A stretch of DNA of 63,852 bases from Heteronotia binoei. Its lineage: Eukaryota. The notes under the pieces are model-generated. The model searched no databases, was not told where the DNA came from, and saw only the letters and a program-made list of their open reading frames with translations. Below, one piece after another: positions 34,331 through 47,444 of the stretch. The translations under genes were made by a program, and so were the position numbers. Where the stretch lies: contig NC_083243.1 of NCBI RefSeq assembly GCF_032191835.1, positions 50,282,001 through 50,345,852 of the forward strand, written 5' to 3'. Positions within the stretch are counted from its first letter, which is position 1; each line of letters begins with the position of its first letter.

Positions 34331-36332
34331 GCTTGCATTGTCACATTTTTATTAGTGGCTTGTTAATGTATTTAGGAGGATGTAGTCTGCCAGAATCAGA
34401 ACTTTGATGAGGGACCACCAAGGAAGACTGGAGTTGCTCTGCAGAGGAAAGCAATGGCACACCACCTGTGCTCATTTCTGGCCTTGTGCACCCCATGGGT
34501 AGGGTCCCTGTGAGCTGGTTGTGACTCAATGGCACATTCTCTCTTTAAGTGTAGAACACACACAAACAGCACTGTGAACATATTGCAAATATCAAACTTT
34601 ATTATATGCAGTTTAGAAGGTCATTAAATTTGGCCAGTCTTGGTATTATACATATAAAGGCTACAGTGTGTAATGTGTCCCCCCCTCCCCCAAATTCCTT
34701 ACACCCAGGAAAACCATTATATTTTCTGCTTCTTGCAAAACAAGTAGGGGATATTTCCCATTAGCAGTAAGGTTGTTTCTGGAACTAAGAGAATCTATTA
34801 AGTTCTGCCAAGAGATTTAAAAACATTAACTGCTCAGAGTGTATTTTAAAATATGCTCATCAAGGCAACTGGCTTATCAATTGTGTTGTCCTAGTCATAA
34901 TTATTTTTTCTTTTGTGCCACTAGCCCAAAGAAATCAATTTGCTAGATAAACCTTGATGCATCCAGTTACTGAAATATAGGCATCTGTTTGTTCACATAG
35001 AACCTAAAATTGCCAGATACTATACAGAAGTTAGATTTAATTAATTACCACATTGCAATCTATAGATACAAACAAGGCACATTAGGGAGGAGAGGAAAAT
35101 CAAATGGAAGGGAGGTGAATTAGAGAGAGCCAGGGTAAATAAATTGAGGCATACAATGAATATTTGGAAAAACAGGTTCACCTGTCATTCACTGGGAAAC
35201 AGTCCATGTGTTGGAAAAAGCCATAGGAGACCTGCCTATTGGCCGTCTCTGTGTATTAATAGCAAGTCAGTCAAATACTTTGAATTATGTCATGAAAGGC
35301 AGGTGCATGTAATTGTCCTATTGCCTCTAGAGGAAAAAAAATCCCTAGAATATAGTTTTTTAAAAATTCTGTTCTTTTATTTCTTTCATTTATACCTTGC
35401 TTTTCACCCCAGTGGGGAATGAAAGCAGACATACCCCATTCTCTCCTGTGAGAGAGGTTAGGCTGAGGGTAATGGGACTGGCTCAAGTAATGTGTTAGGC
35501 TGAGAGTAATGTGATGTTGACGGTATACCTCACTGCAAATCTAACTGCTCAACAGTATGGCAGAATGGGGATTCAGACTGGGTCTTCTCTAGTCTGAAAC
35601 TAACCATTGTACCACACTGGACCTGTAATTGCTATGGGATCTGGTTCCCAATCATTTGTTCTATTTATGTATTTATTTATTTACTTATTTAAAATAGTTA
35701 CACCTCACACATTGTATGTGAAACATATACAAGGTTGCTTACAAAATGTTATAAATTGTGTTATGCTTAGTTGAATCAATTAGTGCGTATTTGAGCATGG
35801 CTGCTTGTTGGTATTGGTTTGGATCTGATGCCTTCGTTCCATTTGTACAACCCTCTTTTCTATTGTGGTGACTGGTCCACTGCGGAGCATATTGCTCCAG
35901 CACTAGGAGCCTCCAGTCATGGAAATGTGTCATTCACTAAGCCAAAAACCTCTAGCCCCAGAGGAATGCCTCCTTAGAAGACCAAGAGGGGTGGAAGGGA
36001 AGGATAAAAGCCACAGTAGCTGGAGATGGCTTGTTGAAAAATGGCTATATATGAAATCTGTTTGGTACAAATTCCAGCTGCGTTCAAACACAGCAGTAAA
36101 CCATGAGTTTCGCGGAGGATTTGTAGTTAGTTTGTTAACCACAGTTTGAGCTAATTGTGATTTGTTAGGTCAGAACTCACATACACTTGACTGTATAACA
36201 TCATCCCTTGATGCATATTGCTGCAGAGACAGCAGTATCCAGAAAATGCTGGGAGAAGGAGGCTAACTGGGGTTTAAACACAAAGAGGTTTTGTTATTCA
36301 TGGCTGGTAGAGTAATCAGCATTTATTGCATA

Positions 36333-36633
36333 GGAAAGGAAAGGTCCCCTGTGCAAGCACCAGTCGTTTCCGACTCTGGGGTGACGTTGCTTTCACAACG
36401 TTTTCACAGCAGACTTTTTATAGGGTGGTTTGCCATTGCCTTCCCCAGTCATCCACACTTTCCCCCCCAGCAAAAAGTTACTCATTTTACCGACCTCAGA
36501 AGGATGGAAGGCTGAGTCAACCTCGAGCCGGCTACCTGAAAACCCAGCTACCGCTGGGGATCAAACTCAGGTCATGAGCAGAGTTTAGGACTGCAGTACT
36601 GCAGCTTTAACACTGCGCCACAGGGCTCTATTT
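36333..36633 (-). mobile_element. Sauria SINE, full length
   Basis: Same family; 12-bp TSD ATTTATTGCATA (36321-36332, 36634-36645). Confidence 0.9.
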
Positions 36634-38227
36634 ATTTATTGCATAAATGGTAGTTTTAAACAAGCTACAGAATACCATGACATCTAAATGCACCTCAGTG
36701 GTGGGTTTGGTCTGATTTCAATATGAAAACAATCTGATTCTCTTGTTAGTCCTCAAACCTAATCTCAGTGGAGTAATTTGGTTGATATCACTTGATTCTG
36801 AGCATCTGTATAGACCTTTCCTGCTGAAACTGCTCATGAGACTCAATCCTGACCTGGTTATGCAGCCTTTAATCAGTGACAGAACATCTACTTTGAGTCC
36901 AGAAGGTCCCAGGTTCAGTCCCCAGTATCTCCATTTATAAAAGTATTAGGTGATATAAAAGAACTTTGCCTTAGACCTTGGGGAGCTGTTGCCAGTCAGA
37001 CTAGACATTACTGACCTCAATGGACCAATGATCTGACTCAGTATAAAGCAGATTAATGCATTCATCAATGCCATGTTAGTCTTCAACAGGTAAAGTATGG
37101 TATGGGAATTTATAGTTCACACAATGCTCAAGCACCTCCCCTCCATTGTGCATTTTCCTCTCATGCAGCAGCTGCCCCAGCTTTCTACAGCTAGCTGCTG
37201 GCTAGGGTTGGCTGTACAACTGAAGAAAGAGAGCATGCAAGGATGTTGCCTGGCTTTCCCCACCTCTTTCTTATCGTTGCAAGCCTGTCGGGAGAAGGAG
37301 AAGAGGGAAGTGAATGGAGAAAGCAGATTAGCCATGGTGCCAGCTTGTGCTTGCCTGATCCTTCCCCTTTCATTAGTCTCGCACAGCTATCACTTTCATT
37401 GTTACCAGTTACAGCCTAGAATGGCGCAAGTCAAAGGAATGTACAGAGTTCTCATCCATGTCTGGTCCTCCCTTCACCTATTTCTGCTTGCTTAATGCTG
37501 CCCCACTGGGAGGAAGTGGCTTGCCTCACCTTTTCTTGGCTAGGAGACCCTTCAGTGTCAGATGTAAAAAGAAAACGAGATTTATAAAGAGAGAAAACAG
37601 ATTTTTCACAGTTTGAGTTCAATGGAACTTGTACATGATTGCAGCTTTTCAGTATGGTAGAGAGTTCCATTGATTTCAGTGGGGCTTGTTCATAATAAAG
37701 CTGAATGGGATTCCTTTCTTACACCTTGAGCATATGTATGTTCACTTAGAAAAAGGGGTGCATAGGATTGCAGCCAAATCCTTTGCATGTTGATTCAGCC
37801 ATCAGAGATAAAATGTGCTCCTTCCTTGATTTACCCCTGAAGAACAGAAGAACTAGTGCTGTATATGAAGACCTTTGTTTCCCCACCTGGTCTCATTATT
37901 CATTTCTATCTTTTGTTCTGTGCTTGAGAAAGATAAGAAATATTTTCCCCCTCATTAACAGAAAGCCCTGGTGATTAGGGTGCAGGGGGTGAGAATAAAG
38001 AGTGCAGTTTGCTGTGGCAAATTACAGCCATAATGAGGCACAGGGAAGAGCCAAGTGATGAGAATTGGAGATGGCTATTGATTTTCGAATGATGGAAGAT
38101 CCACCATAAAGTAGTGACTCGAGAAGCCGGCTCATTCCTCATGTCATGTTTCTTGTTTACATATGGTCAGCACAGTGTGAGGACAGCCAAGTAAGGAGTT
38201 GTTTAATGAGCATTGTAAGAGTTCCTG

Positions 38228-38292
38228 CTTTTGAAAGAGCAGAATCAAGTTGTGAAGGGCTTTTTGAAAGAGCAGAACCAAGTTGTGAAGGG
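38228..38292. repeat. Tandem duplication of about 32 bp
   Basis: ttttgaaagagcagaa(t/c)caagttgtgaaggg twice. Confidence 0.9.
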
Positions 38293-40355
38293 TTTTTTAA
38301 ACTCCCTCTTCTTTCTGAGGTTTAGGGAGTGGTGGCTGCTGGGATCCAAGGAACATTTACTGGGAAGAAAGCTTCTTTGAAATCCAAAGGACTCCAAGTA
38401 ATTGTGTTTAGGATTAGAGTACAATCTGTGGGCCAATCTAGAAATATCATGGTAATGAGACAAGAAACCTAGGTCTCAATTTGGTACAGGAAGATTCAAT
38501 CCAGGAGGATGCAAAGAATAAATGGAAATAAACCTGAACAAGTGAACAGTGGCTCACGAAAGCACATACCACAGATTTTGTTAGTCTTGAAGGTGCTACT
38601 AGACTCTTGCTCTTTCTACTTCTATTAGAAATCATAACATTGAAAAACCAGTGGGAGAACATTTTAACCTTCTGAGACATTTAGTTGCCAACCTAAGAGT
38701 AGAAGTTCTCTTGCAAAGGAATCTCAAAGGGAGATTAGAGACACTGCTGAATTGCAACTGATAATGAAGCTCAAGACAATGCATCCTCCTGAACAGAACT
38801 GAGACCTACATTTTGTCTCTCATTACCAATGCCTGCTATTGTCATTTGATGTCTGAAATTACTCTCCAAAATACAAATACTCACATTCTAATCTAGCTGT
38901 ATCTGAAGAAGTGAACAGTGACTCATGAAAGTTCATGCCCTACTAAAAGTTTTGTTAAGTCGTTAAGGGGCTACTGGACTCTTGCTCTCTTCCACTAATA
39001 AAGAATGCAAGCTGTGGTCTTAGGTTTCAAAAAAAAACCCATCTGTTAGAACTGGAAAAGGGGATCTCTCTGCCATGGGACTCCATCTCTGCCTCTCTCT
39101 CTCTCTTTCCCCTCTCCCCCTTCTCTCATTCTGAAGAAGTGTTCAGGCACACAAAAGCTTATACCTGGAGTAAGGCATTGTTGGTTTTCTTAAAGGTGCT
39201 GGGGGACACACACACTCTCTCTCTGGTTCTTTCCTTCCCCCTTCCTCCTCAGAGGAGGCGGAGGAGCCCTCAGACAATCGAGGAAAGGGAGACTTGGCTT
39301 TCTCTCCTCTGCGGAGTGATAGGAAAGACTGGACAAAAGTCACCTCCAATGCTGGAAACAAGAAGTTGGAAGCAGCAGAGAAAGCTGCTCATGGGATGAA
39401 TAGGGAGCAGATCTGTCTTGCAGGCCATATGTTTGACACCCCTAGTCTATTTATTTGCTGAGCAACAACACAAAGTTTGGTGTGTCCAAGATTCATATGC
39501 CCTTTTCTCATAAGGACCAAGATACATGGGCAGAAATGGCTACAGCAATCCCTTCAATGCTGTCTTTTCCTTGTCAGGTGGCCACAGAGACGGTATTGAC
39601 TCCATTTGTGAAATTGTGTTACCATCCCTACGTAGCTGCATGCAAAGTTTGCAGCAGAGTGAGTAGCAACCTCATAGGAAAATTTTAAGAGGAAAAAGTA
39701 ATTTCCTCACAGTTGTAGGGATACTCTTGGAATCACATTTGCAGAGGAGAGCCTTGATGAAATGGAGTTTCTGTCATCCTACATGGAGATAGAATTTTTG
39801 TTTGTTCTTCCATTAATATCTCTGTACTCCTATTATCACTGTATAATTTGGGGGGGGGGGGGAGAGTCCAAATTCTTTAAAATACCACTGTGAATAATTA
39901 ATACAGGTTGAGAAATTTTGACACCCTACTTCTTACATCATATTTTGTTCTCATGGCTGACAAATGAGGCGACAAAAGAGGAGGTCCTACAACTGATGGA
40001 CGAATTAAAAACTAATAAGTCACCAGGTCCGGATGGCATACATCCGAGAGTTCTGAAAGAACTCTAAGTTGAACTTGTGGATCTTCTAACAAAAATCTGT
40101 AATCTTTCATTGAAATCTGCCTCCGTTCCTGAGGACCGGAAGGTAGCAAATGTCTCTCCCATCTTTAAAAAGGGTTCCAGAGGAGATCCGGGAAATTACA
40201 GGCCAGTCAGTCTGACTTCAGTACCAGGAAAGTTGGTAGAAAGCATTATCAAGGACAGAATGAGTAGGCACATTGATGAACACGAGTTAGTGAGGAAGAC
40301 TCAGCATGGGTTCTGTAAGGGAAGATCTTGCCTCACTAACCTGTTACATTTCTTT

Positions 40356-40840
40356 ATTTTTATTTATTTATTTATTTATTTTATATCCCGCCCTAACCCA
40401 CCGAAGTGGGCTCAGGGCGGCTTACAACACAAGAATTCTAACATAAAATTCAAATTTTAAATATAATAAGGATATACATAATTAGAAAATTAAAACATTA
40501 AAAACATTAAAACAGTGCATCAGTCCAACAGCATACAATCTATACACTTCCTTCAACATTTTGATAGTTTGGTGGTTTGATGCCGGTCAGTTATAGGCCA
40601 ACCGGAAGAGGACTGTCTTACAGGCCCTGCGGAATTGTCCAATATCCCGCAGGGCCCTGACCTCTTCCGGTAACTGGTTCCACCAGCAAGGGGCTGTTAT
40701 TGAGAAGGCCCTGTCCCTGGTTGACTTCAACCGGGCCTCCTTTGGCCCGGGGATTGTGAGCAGATTTTGGGAGCCAGATCGCAGTACTCTCTGGGGAACA
40801 TATGGGAAGAGACGGTCCCTAAGGTAGGCAGGTCCTAGAC
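40356..40840 (-). mobile_element. L2-type LINE 3' end inserted in CR1
   Basis: (TTTA)n tail plus atatcccgccc...ggctcagggcggcttacaa; duplicated TCTTT at 40351-40355 and 40841-40845. Confidence 0.85.
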
Positions 40841-40878
40841 TCTTTGAGGGGGTGAACAAACATGTAGACAAAGGAGAC

Positions 40879-41238
40879 TGTTGTGTCCTAGGCTCAAATG
40901 GGAGAACTGTTACTTTTGGAGGGAAGCTGAACAAGCCAAAGCTTGTACTCCACACCAGGGTTCCAGAGAAGGCCTAAGTGTGCCCAATCAGGGGAAGGAT
41001 TGAAACATAAGTAGCCAATCAACATCTAGGCTCATACTGTACCCAGATAGGCCCTTAGGCCCCTGTAAATAGCCAATCCATGTACATAGTTAAGGACCAA
41101 TCAGAAGGGGGGCAAGAATTGTATAAAGGAGCGGGAGGTTTGAATAGAGCTCAGTCTGTGTTTGTGTTCCTGAAGTAAAGCTTGCTGAAATCATTCTCCG
41201 ACTCTGGTCTCTTACTGCGTCGACCCCAGTACTTTACA
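40879..41238 (+). mobile_element. Solo LTR (360 bp) inserted in CR1
   Basis: TG...CA termini; 5-bp TSD GAGAC (40874-40878, 41239-41243); four CCAAT boxes, TATAAA and AGTAAA. Confidence 0.92.
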
Positions 41239-41328
41239 GAGACCCAATAGATGTTGTTTACCTTGACTTCCAGAAAGCTTTTGATAAAGTTCCTCATCAA
41301 AGGCTCCTTAGAAAGCTTGAGAGTCATG

Positions 41329-41615
41329 GGGTGTTTTCGCACTCACCTTCAGCCGGCGCCGCGACCCTCTTGACGACGGAGGATCTGTGCTGATTTCCCA
41401 CACGAAGCGCTGGAGCAACCAGAAGAGCCGCCAATTTCCGGCGCGAAGCCCGCTCAAGCGTTTTCCTGCTTCCTGGCGATTTACGTTTGAGCGGGCTTCG
41501 CGCCGGAAATTGGCGGCTCTTCTGGTTGCTCCAGCGCTTCGTGTGGGAAATCAGCACAGATCCTCCGTCGTCAAGAGGGTCGCGGCGCCGGCTGAAGGTG
41601 AGTGCGAAAACACCC
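41329..41615. mobile_element. Palindromic MITE, probably PIF/Harbinger-derived
   Basis: Two perfect 129-bp inverted arms (41329-41457, 41487-41615) around a 29-bp spacer; TIR GGGTGTTTTCGCAC; 3-bp TSD ATG (alternatively CATGG); removing it restores the CR1 sequence. Confidence 0.9.
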
Positions 41616-43487
41616 ATGGAGTAAAAGGACAGGTCCTCTTGTGGATCAAAAACTGGCTGAGTAATAGGAAGCAGAGAGTGAGTATAAATGGGCAGTCTTC
41701 GCAGTGGAGGATGGTAAGCAGTGGGGTGCCGCAGGGCTCGTGACTGGGTCCCATGCTCTTTAACTTGTTCATAAATGATTTAGAGTTGGGAGTGAGCAGT
41801 GAAGTGGCCAAGTTTGCAGATGACACTATATTATTCAAGGTGGTGAGAACCAGAGAGGATTGTGAGGAACTCCAAAGGGATCTGTTGAGGCTGGGTGAGT
41901 GGGCGTCAACGTGGCAGATGCGGTTCAATGTGGCCAAGTGCAAAGTAATGCACATTTGGGCCAAGAATCCCAACTACAAATACAAGTTGATGGGGTGTGA
42001 ACTGGCAGAGACTGACCAAGAGAGACATCTTGGGGTCGTGGTAGATAACTCACTGAAAATGTCAAGACAGTGTGCGTTTGCAATAAAAAAGGCCAACGCC
42101 ATGCTGGGAATTATTAGGAAGAGAATTGAAAACAAATCAGCCAGTATCATAATGCCCCTGTATAAATCGATGGTGCAGTCTCATTTGGAGTACTGTGTGC
42201 AGTTCTGGTCACCGCACCTCAAAAAGGATATTATAGCATTGGAGAAAGTGCAGAAAATGGCAACTAGAATGATTAAAGGGCTGGAACACTTTCCTTATGC
42301 AGAAAGGTTGAAACGCTTGGGACTCTTTAGCTTGGAGAAACGTCGACTGCGGGGTGACATGATAGAGGTTTACAAGATAATGCATGGGATGGAGAAAGTA
42401 GAGAAAGAAGTACTTTTCTCCCTTTCTCACAATACAAGAACTCGTGGGCATTCGATGAAATTGCTGAGCGGACAGGTTAAAACGGATAAAAGGAAGTACT
42501 TCTTCACCTAAAGGGTGATTAATATGTGGAATTCACTGCCACAGGAGGTGGCGGCGGCCACAAGCATAGCCACCTTCAAGAGGGGTTTAGATAAAAATAT
42601 GGAGCAGAGGTCCATCAGTGTCTATTAGTGTGTGTGTGTGTGTGTATAAATTTTTGGCCACCGTCTGACACAGAGTGTTGGACTGGATGGGCCATTGGCC
42701 TGATCTAACATGGCTTCTCTTATGTTCTTATTTTAAGCAGGTATACACAAAAGAGCTACATGATACATGAACTACATGAACTAAAGCTGTAATTTTGAGG
42801 CAGATAATTAACAAGCACAATTCCATAGAGCACATATATATTCCTGTACAAAAATTAGGGAGTAGCCATTCTCTTCAAAATGGTTTTTCCAGCCATGAGA
42901 ACATCATATGAGAGCCAAAAGAGAGAAGAACAGTGTTGCCGTGGCAATTATTCACTTCATTTAACAGCAAAACTGGCCTCTTGTTTTGTCCTGAACAAAC
43001 CTCTCTGGTGCAGTGCATGTATATGACTATAATCTGCTGTTCCTAATTAATAATATTTACAAAGCTTGTCAGGTCAGGTATCTTTAGATTATTGGCTTTC
43101 AGAGGATTTGTGCTTCTGAAAGCAGCTCTGCTTCAGTCAAGTAGTACAGTTCTTGCAAAGTTGATCATCCAGCTTCCAATAAAGGTGTCCCGACTCTTGT
43201 GCCATTTACAGCAACCTGGCATTCATAAATGTCCTTGGCAAAGTTTTTTTTCCTGGAAGGGAGATAGTGCTAGCAATATTTAGGGTTGGATCCTAAAACT
43301 TCTGGTAGGTGCAGGATTTGAATCCAGTAGCACCTTAAAGACCAACAAAATTTCCAGAGTATAAACATTCAAGTTGAAATAACTAATACACAGCTGGGAT
43401 TCCTTCACCAATCCTCCAAAAAGGATATCCATCCTTTTAATTTTATTTCTTAATCTGGCCTCTACCAAATTTTGAAATAGTAGATAG

Positions 43488-43684
43488 CAGGGCTTTTTTT
43501 GAGCAGGAATGCACAGAAATGCAGTTCCAGCTGGCTTGGCATCAGGGGGTGTGGCCCAGTATTCAAATGATTTCTTACTGGACTTTTTCTACAAAAGAGC
43601 CCTGTGTGAAACAATGGTGATGTCAGGGGTATGGCCTAATATGCAAATGAGTTCCTGTTGGGTTTTTTCTGCAAAAAAGCCCTG
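43488..43684 (+). mobile_element. Non-autonomous hAT element
   Basis: TIR CAGGGCTTTTT/AAAAAGCCCTG; perfect 8-bp TSD GTAGATAG. Confidence 0.9.
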
Positions 43685-43872
43685 GTAGATAGGAACGTGT
43701 TTCTCTAATTTGGAAGCAGAAGGGAAACATTCAAAGCAAAGCACACCAGTTCAGAGAGAGGCAATATAAGACAATTACCACCAAGCTCACCCCCCCACAC
43801 ACATTCAAAGGTAACAACAGCGTCTCAATTAATTATATATGGCATTCCACAAATATTAACAGGCTGTGTCCA

Positions 43873-44168
43873 TGAGTTAGGAAAGACAACACAGCAGTCT
43901 CTGATTTTGATATATTTATTGCCTTCAATATGTCCTCCCTCTTGGCGGAGTAATTAACACAGCAACAGCACACAGCCTGATTAAACAGTAGATAAAAGGG
44001 TTTTTTAGTTATTAACATACTTAATAGAAAAGAGGAGAGATAGAGATAGGTTCCTAACTACATCTCCAGCTGAGAGAGCAGGTAAGACTGAGTATGACAC
44101 TTCTGAGAAAAAGGGGGAAATTGCCCTAAGAGTAGCAGTTAGAGACAGACAACAAATGACACTTAACA
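43873..44168 (-). mobile_element. Possible degenerate solo LTR
   Basis: Ends ...cttaaca, AATAAA on minus near 43915; TSD not resolved. Confidence 0.35.
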
Positions 44169-45033
44169 TGAGAGAAGGTGCTGATCTCACTATTCTAACT
44201 ATGGATAGGGCAACTAGAAGAGGAGAAGATTGGATTTATAGCCTGCCCTTCACTTGGAGTCTCAGAGTGGCTTACAATCACCTTCCCTTCTCCTCCCCAC
44301 AGCAGACACCCTGTGAGATGGGTGGGACTGAGAGAGCTTTGAGAGAACTGTGACTGAAACAAGGTCACCCAGCTGGCTTTATGTGTAGGAGTGGGGATTC
44401 CAACCTGGTTCTCCAGATTAGAGTCTACCACTCTTATCCACTACATCAAAATGGCTCTCAAAACGGCCCCCTTGGACAAGGAGAGCTAGCTCTGTGAATT
44501 AAGTAAATGTTTTCACAAGAGTTGTGAGGAGGGCAATTTCTTGCTGTGGCCCATCATGCCACATGGCATAATGTTCTGGAGGATCCTCTGATCCTCAAGA
44601 CTAGCTTTTTAGGGGCATAGTAAACTGCTGGGAAAGGAAGGCTGTCAGATAGCTTCTGCAGACTTATACTGACAAAAGTCTCAGTGTCAGAGTTCTATGT
44701 GTTCCTTCCTTACACAGCACTAACAAAGTTTCATCTCTGAAAAACTCCCATAACTGCTGCAAGCAATTTTTGCTGGATCAATGGGAATTATTTTGCAAAG
44801 CCACTGCAGCTACACCTATTATCTTCACTTATGTTGTGTCATATTCAATTAATATGTCAAAAGGACATGGATATCCTAGCTCACATATCCTAGCCCGGAG
44901 GGGAAGAGGGAGGAGGAAGAGACTAGGCCGAAGCCTGACTCCAGTTAGATGGCCTCTTCTTGCCAACTCCCAGATAACCATAGACTAAAATGGTGTTTCT
45001 CCACAGTTCTACATATCTTAATTATTGCTCAGA

Positions 45034-45318
45034 AGAACATAAGAGAAGCCATGCTGGATCAGGCCAATGGCCCATCCAATCCAACACTCTGTGTCACACA
45101 GTGGCCAAAACAAAACAAAAACAACAGGTGCCATCAGGAGGTCTATCAGTGGGGCCAGGACACTAAAAGCCCTCCCACTGTTGCCCTCTCAGGCACCAAG
45201 AATACAGAGCATCACTGCCCCAAATAGAGAGTTCCAGCAATACATGTGGCTAATAGCCACTGATGGACCTTTGTCTGTATGTTTATTCAATCTCCTCTTG
45301 AAGCTGTCTATGCTTGCA
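45034..45318 (-). mobile_element. CR1 3' fragment
   Basis: aagaacataagagaagccatgctggatcaggcc... family tail. Confidence 0.85.
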
Positions 45319-45389
45319 TACATATGCATGTGGCTGTCCCAAAGCCAAGTTAAACATGTAGTAGTTTATGTATTTATTGTATTCATATA

Positions 45390-45671
45390 GAAGAAGATAG
45401 AAGATATTGGATTTATATCCTGCCCTCCACTCCGAAGAGTCTCAGAGCAGCTCACAATCTCCTTTCCCTTCCTCCCCCACAACAGACACCCTGTGAGGTG
45501 GGTGGGGCTGGAGAGGGCTCTCACAGCAGCTGCCCTTTCAAGGACAACCTCTTCCAGGGCTAGGGCTGACCCAAGGCCAGGCTAGCAGGTACAAGTGGAG
45601 GAGTGGGGAATCAAACCCGGTTCTCCCAGATAAGAGTCCGCACACTTAACCACTACACCAAACTGGCTCTC
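45390..45671 (-). mobile_element. Squam3-like SINE, full length
   Basis: Reverse complement of the 8952 family. More diverged copies at 8655-8815, 24520-24725, 26087-26205, 35380-35620 and 44219-44457. Confidence 0.82.
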
Positions 45672-46243
45672 CACCTTTCTATGAAGACATTGATAGCATT
45701 TACAATTTTAAAAGTGAAAACACAAAATGATGAACTGGTTTTCTCAAGCCTTTCAAGAGCCAACAGGGCCAGGCTTTTCCTGTCTTGCTTTCCCCCCAGA
45801 GCACATTGGAATTTATGTCACATGTCCCTGCATACAGAATGCTGGAATATGGGTGTGTTTTCCTGCTACTCTTGAATGCAAAAGTTCATGCTATATTATG
45901 CTGATCTACAACCAGAATTGTAGAGTAATTAGAGCAGCAATCACCAATGTGATGTCCACCAATATATATTCTGATGCCCACTTACTTTTTCTCAAGGCAA
46001 CTCTCTTCCCCAAAGCAATGAGCCAATCCTAGCAGGTTGTATACAGTACATCAGAAGAGCTCAGGAAACATTGCCTTTGTATCTGCAGAGAGTGCCCATT
46101 CAGGAACAGCTTCTTCCATGGCCACCATTCTACCTTGATAGCCATTTTGCTGTGCCAATACCTGTTCTCAAAATTTCTGAAGTGTCCACAGGTTCAACAG
46201 GTTTGGGAACCACTGAATTATCATGTCAGACTAGCACTGCAGA

Positions 46244-46337
46244 GGAAAGGAAAGGAAAGGTCCCCTGTGCAAGCACCAGCCATTTCCGACTCTGAGGTGA
46301 CGTTGCTTTCACAATGTTTTTACGGCAGACTTTTTAT
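46244..46337 (-). mobile_element. Sauria SINE 3' fragment
   Basis: ggaaaggaaaggtcccctgtgcaagcacc... Confidence 0.8.
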
Positions 46338-46833
46338 GCCAGCATTCAAATCCCCATTTGACCATTAAGCTCAGTGAGTCAGTTGCCATTTATCAGCCTA
46401 ACCTACATCAGAGGACTGCATTTGAGACAGGGTTTATTTATTTATTTGTCATTATTTATATTATTTGACATTATTTATAATCTGCTTTCTCACTGGGACT
46501 CAAGGCAGATTATACAGAGTAAATCAATACAATCAACAGGATGGGACGTTCAATAAACAATGCAACAGGATTAAGATTGTAGAAATCTGGGACCAACAGA
46601 AATCTAAAAACAGAGCTAAAACAAACTATAAATATTAATACATTAAATGATGCACAGTTATGTAACAGGATCCTATTTACAACAATCTATATACAGTCCC
46701 TAATTATTTATCCAAGGAACTTTGTGAACCATTTGATACAATCAAGAACAGATCTAGACTGTTTGGCACCCTAGGCAAGACAAACAACTTGCGCCCCCAC
46801 CCCCCGCACTGATAACCAATTCTACCTTATAGG

Positions 46834-47216
46834 CCCATAGGACAGAATGGAATAGGATAGAATGGAGAGATCGGGCTGCCATTATGTTGCGATCCCAAAT
46901 AAGAGGTTTAAAGTTTAGGGTCATGCTGCAGCAGCGGCCCATTCTCTCCATTCTGTCCTATGTGCCCATAGGATAGAATGAATTCCATCCTACCTATGGG
47001 GCCATATGATAAAATGGATTCCATTCTATCCTGTGGGCCATAGGATAGAATGGAGACATCAGGCTATGGTGCAATCCCAGATAAGGGGTTTAAAGTTTAA
47101 AACCCCTTCTCTAGCGTCATGCCACAGTGGTGGCCTGATCTCTCCATTCTGTTCTATGGGCCCACAAGATAGAACAGACTCCATTCTACCCTATGGATCC
47201 ATAGGAAAAAATGGAG
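46834..47216. repeat. Array of direct and inverted CCATAGGATAGAATGGA units
   Basis: Repeated degenerate palindromes, for example 46965-47000. Confidence 0.75.
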
Positions 47217-47444
47217 AAATTGGGCTGCCACTGGAGCCCAACTCCGGAGAAGGGGTTGCCCTGCCAGCCCATGCCTCTCAAAGACTCTTTTTTCTGCTTT
47301 TGCACCTCAAGGTACAAAAGCAGGAAGAAAGCCCCACTGCCTGTGCCTCTCAAATAAGAATTTGCCCACTCAAATAAGAATTTCTTGCTGGCAAATGAAA
47401 TAGGGCTGCAGAAGTCACCCAGCCATTTACCAATCATTAAGCAC

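Larger units (their letters stand above)
39945..42730 (+). mobile_element. 5'-truncated CR1 LINE (ORF2 RT and 3' UTR) interrupted by three insertions
   Basis: [45 protein letters not shown] motifs; tail TTCTCTTATGTTCTTA; (TG)n near 42628. Confidence 0.95.

Noticed and set aside
38540-39200. Further hammerhead ribozymes in Penelope-like copies
   Set aside because: Each has core, stem or palindrome mutations (for example GAAA to AAAA, U16.1 to A, GC loop to GT); the same applies near 11560, 11880 and 14400.
41324-41743. Two near-identical ORFs on opposite strands
   Set aside because: Direct consequence of the palindromic MITE.
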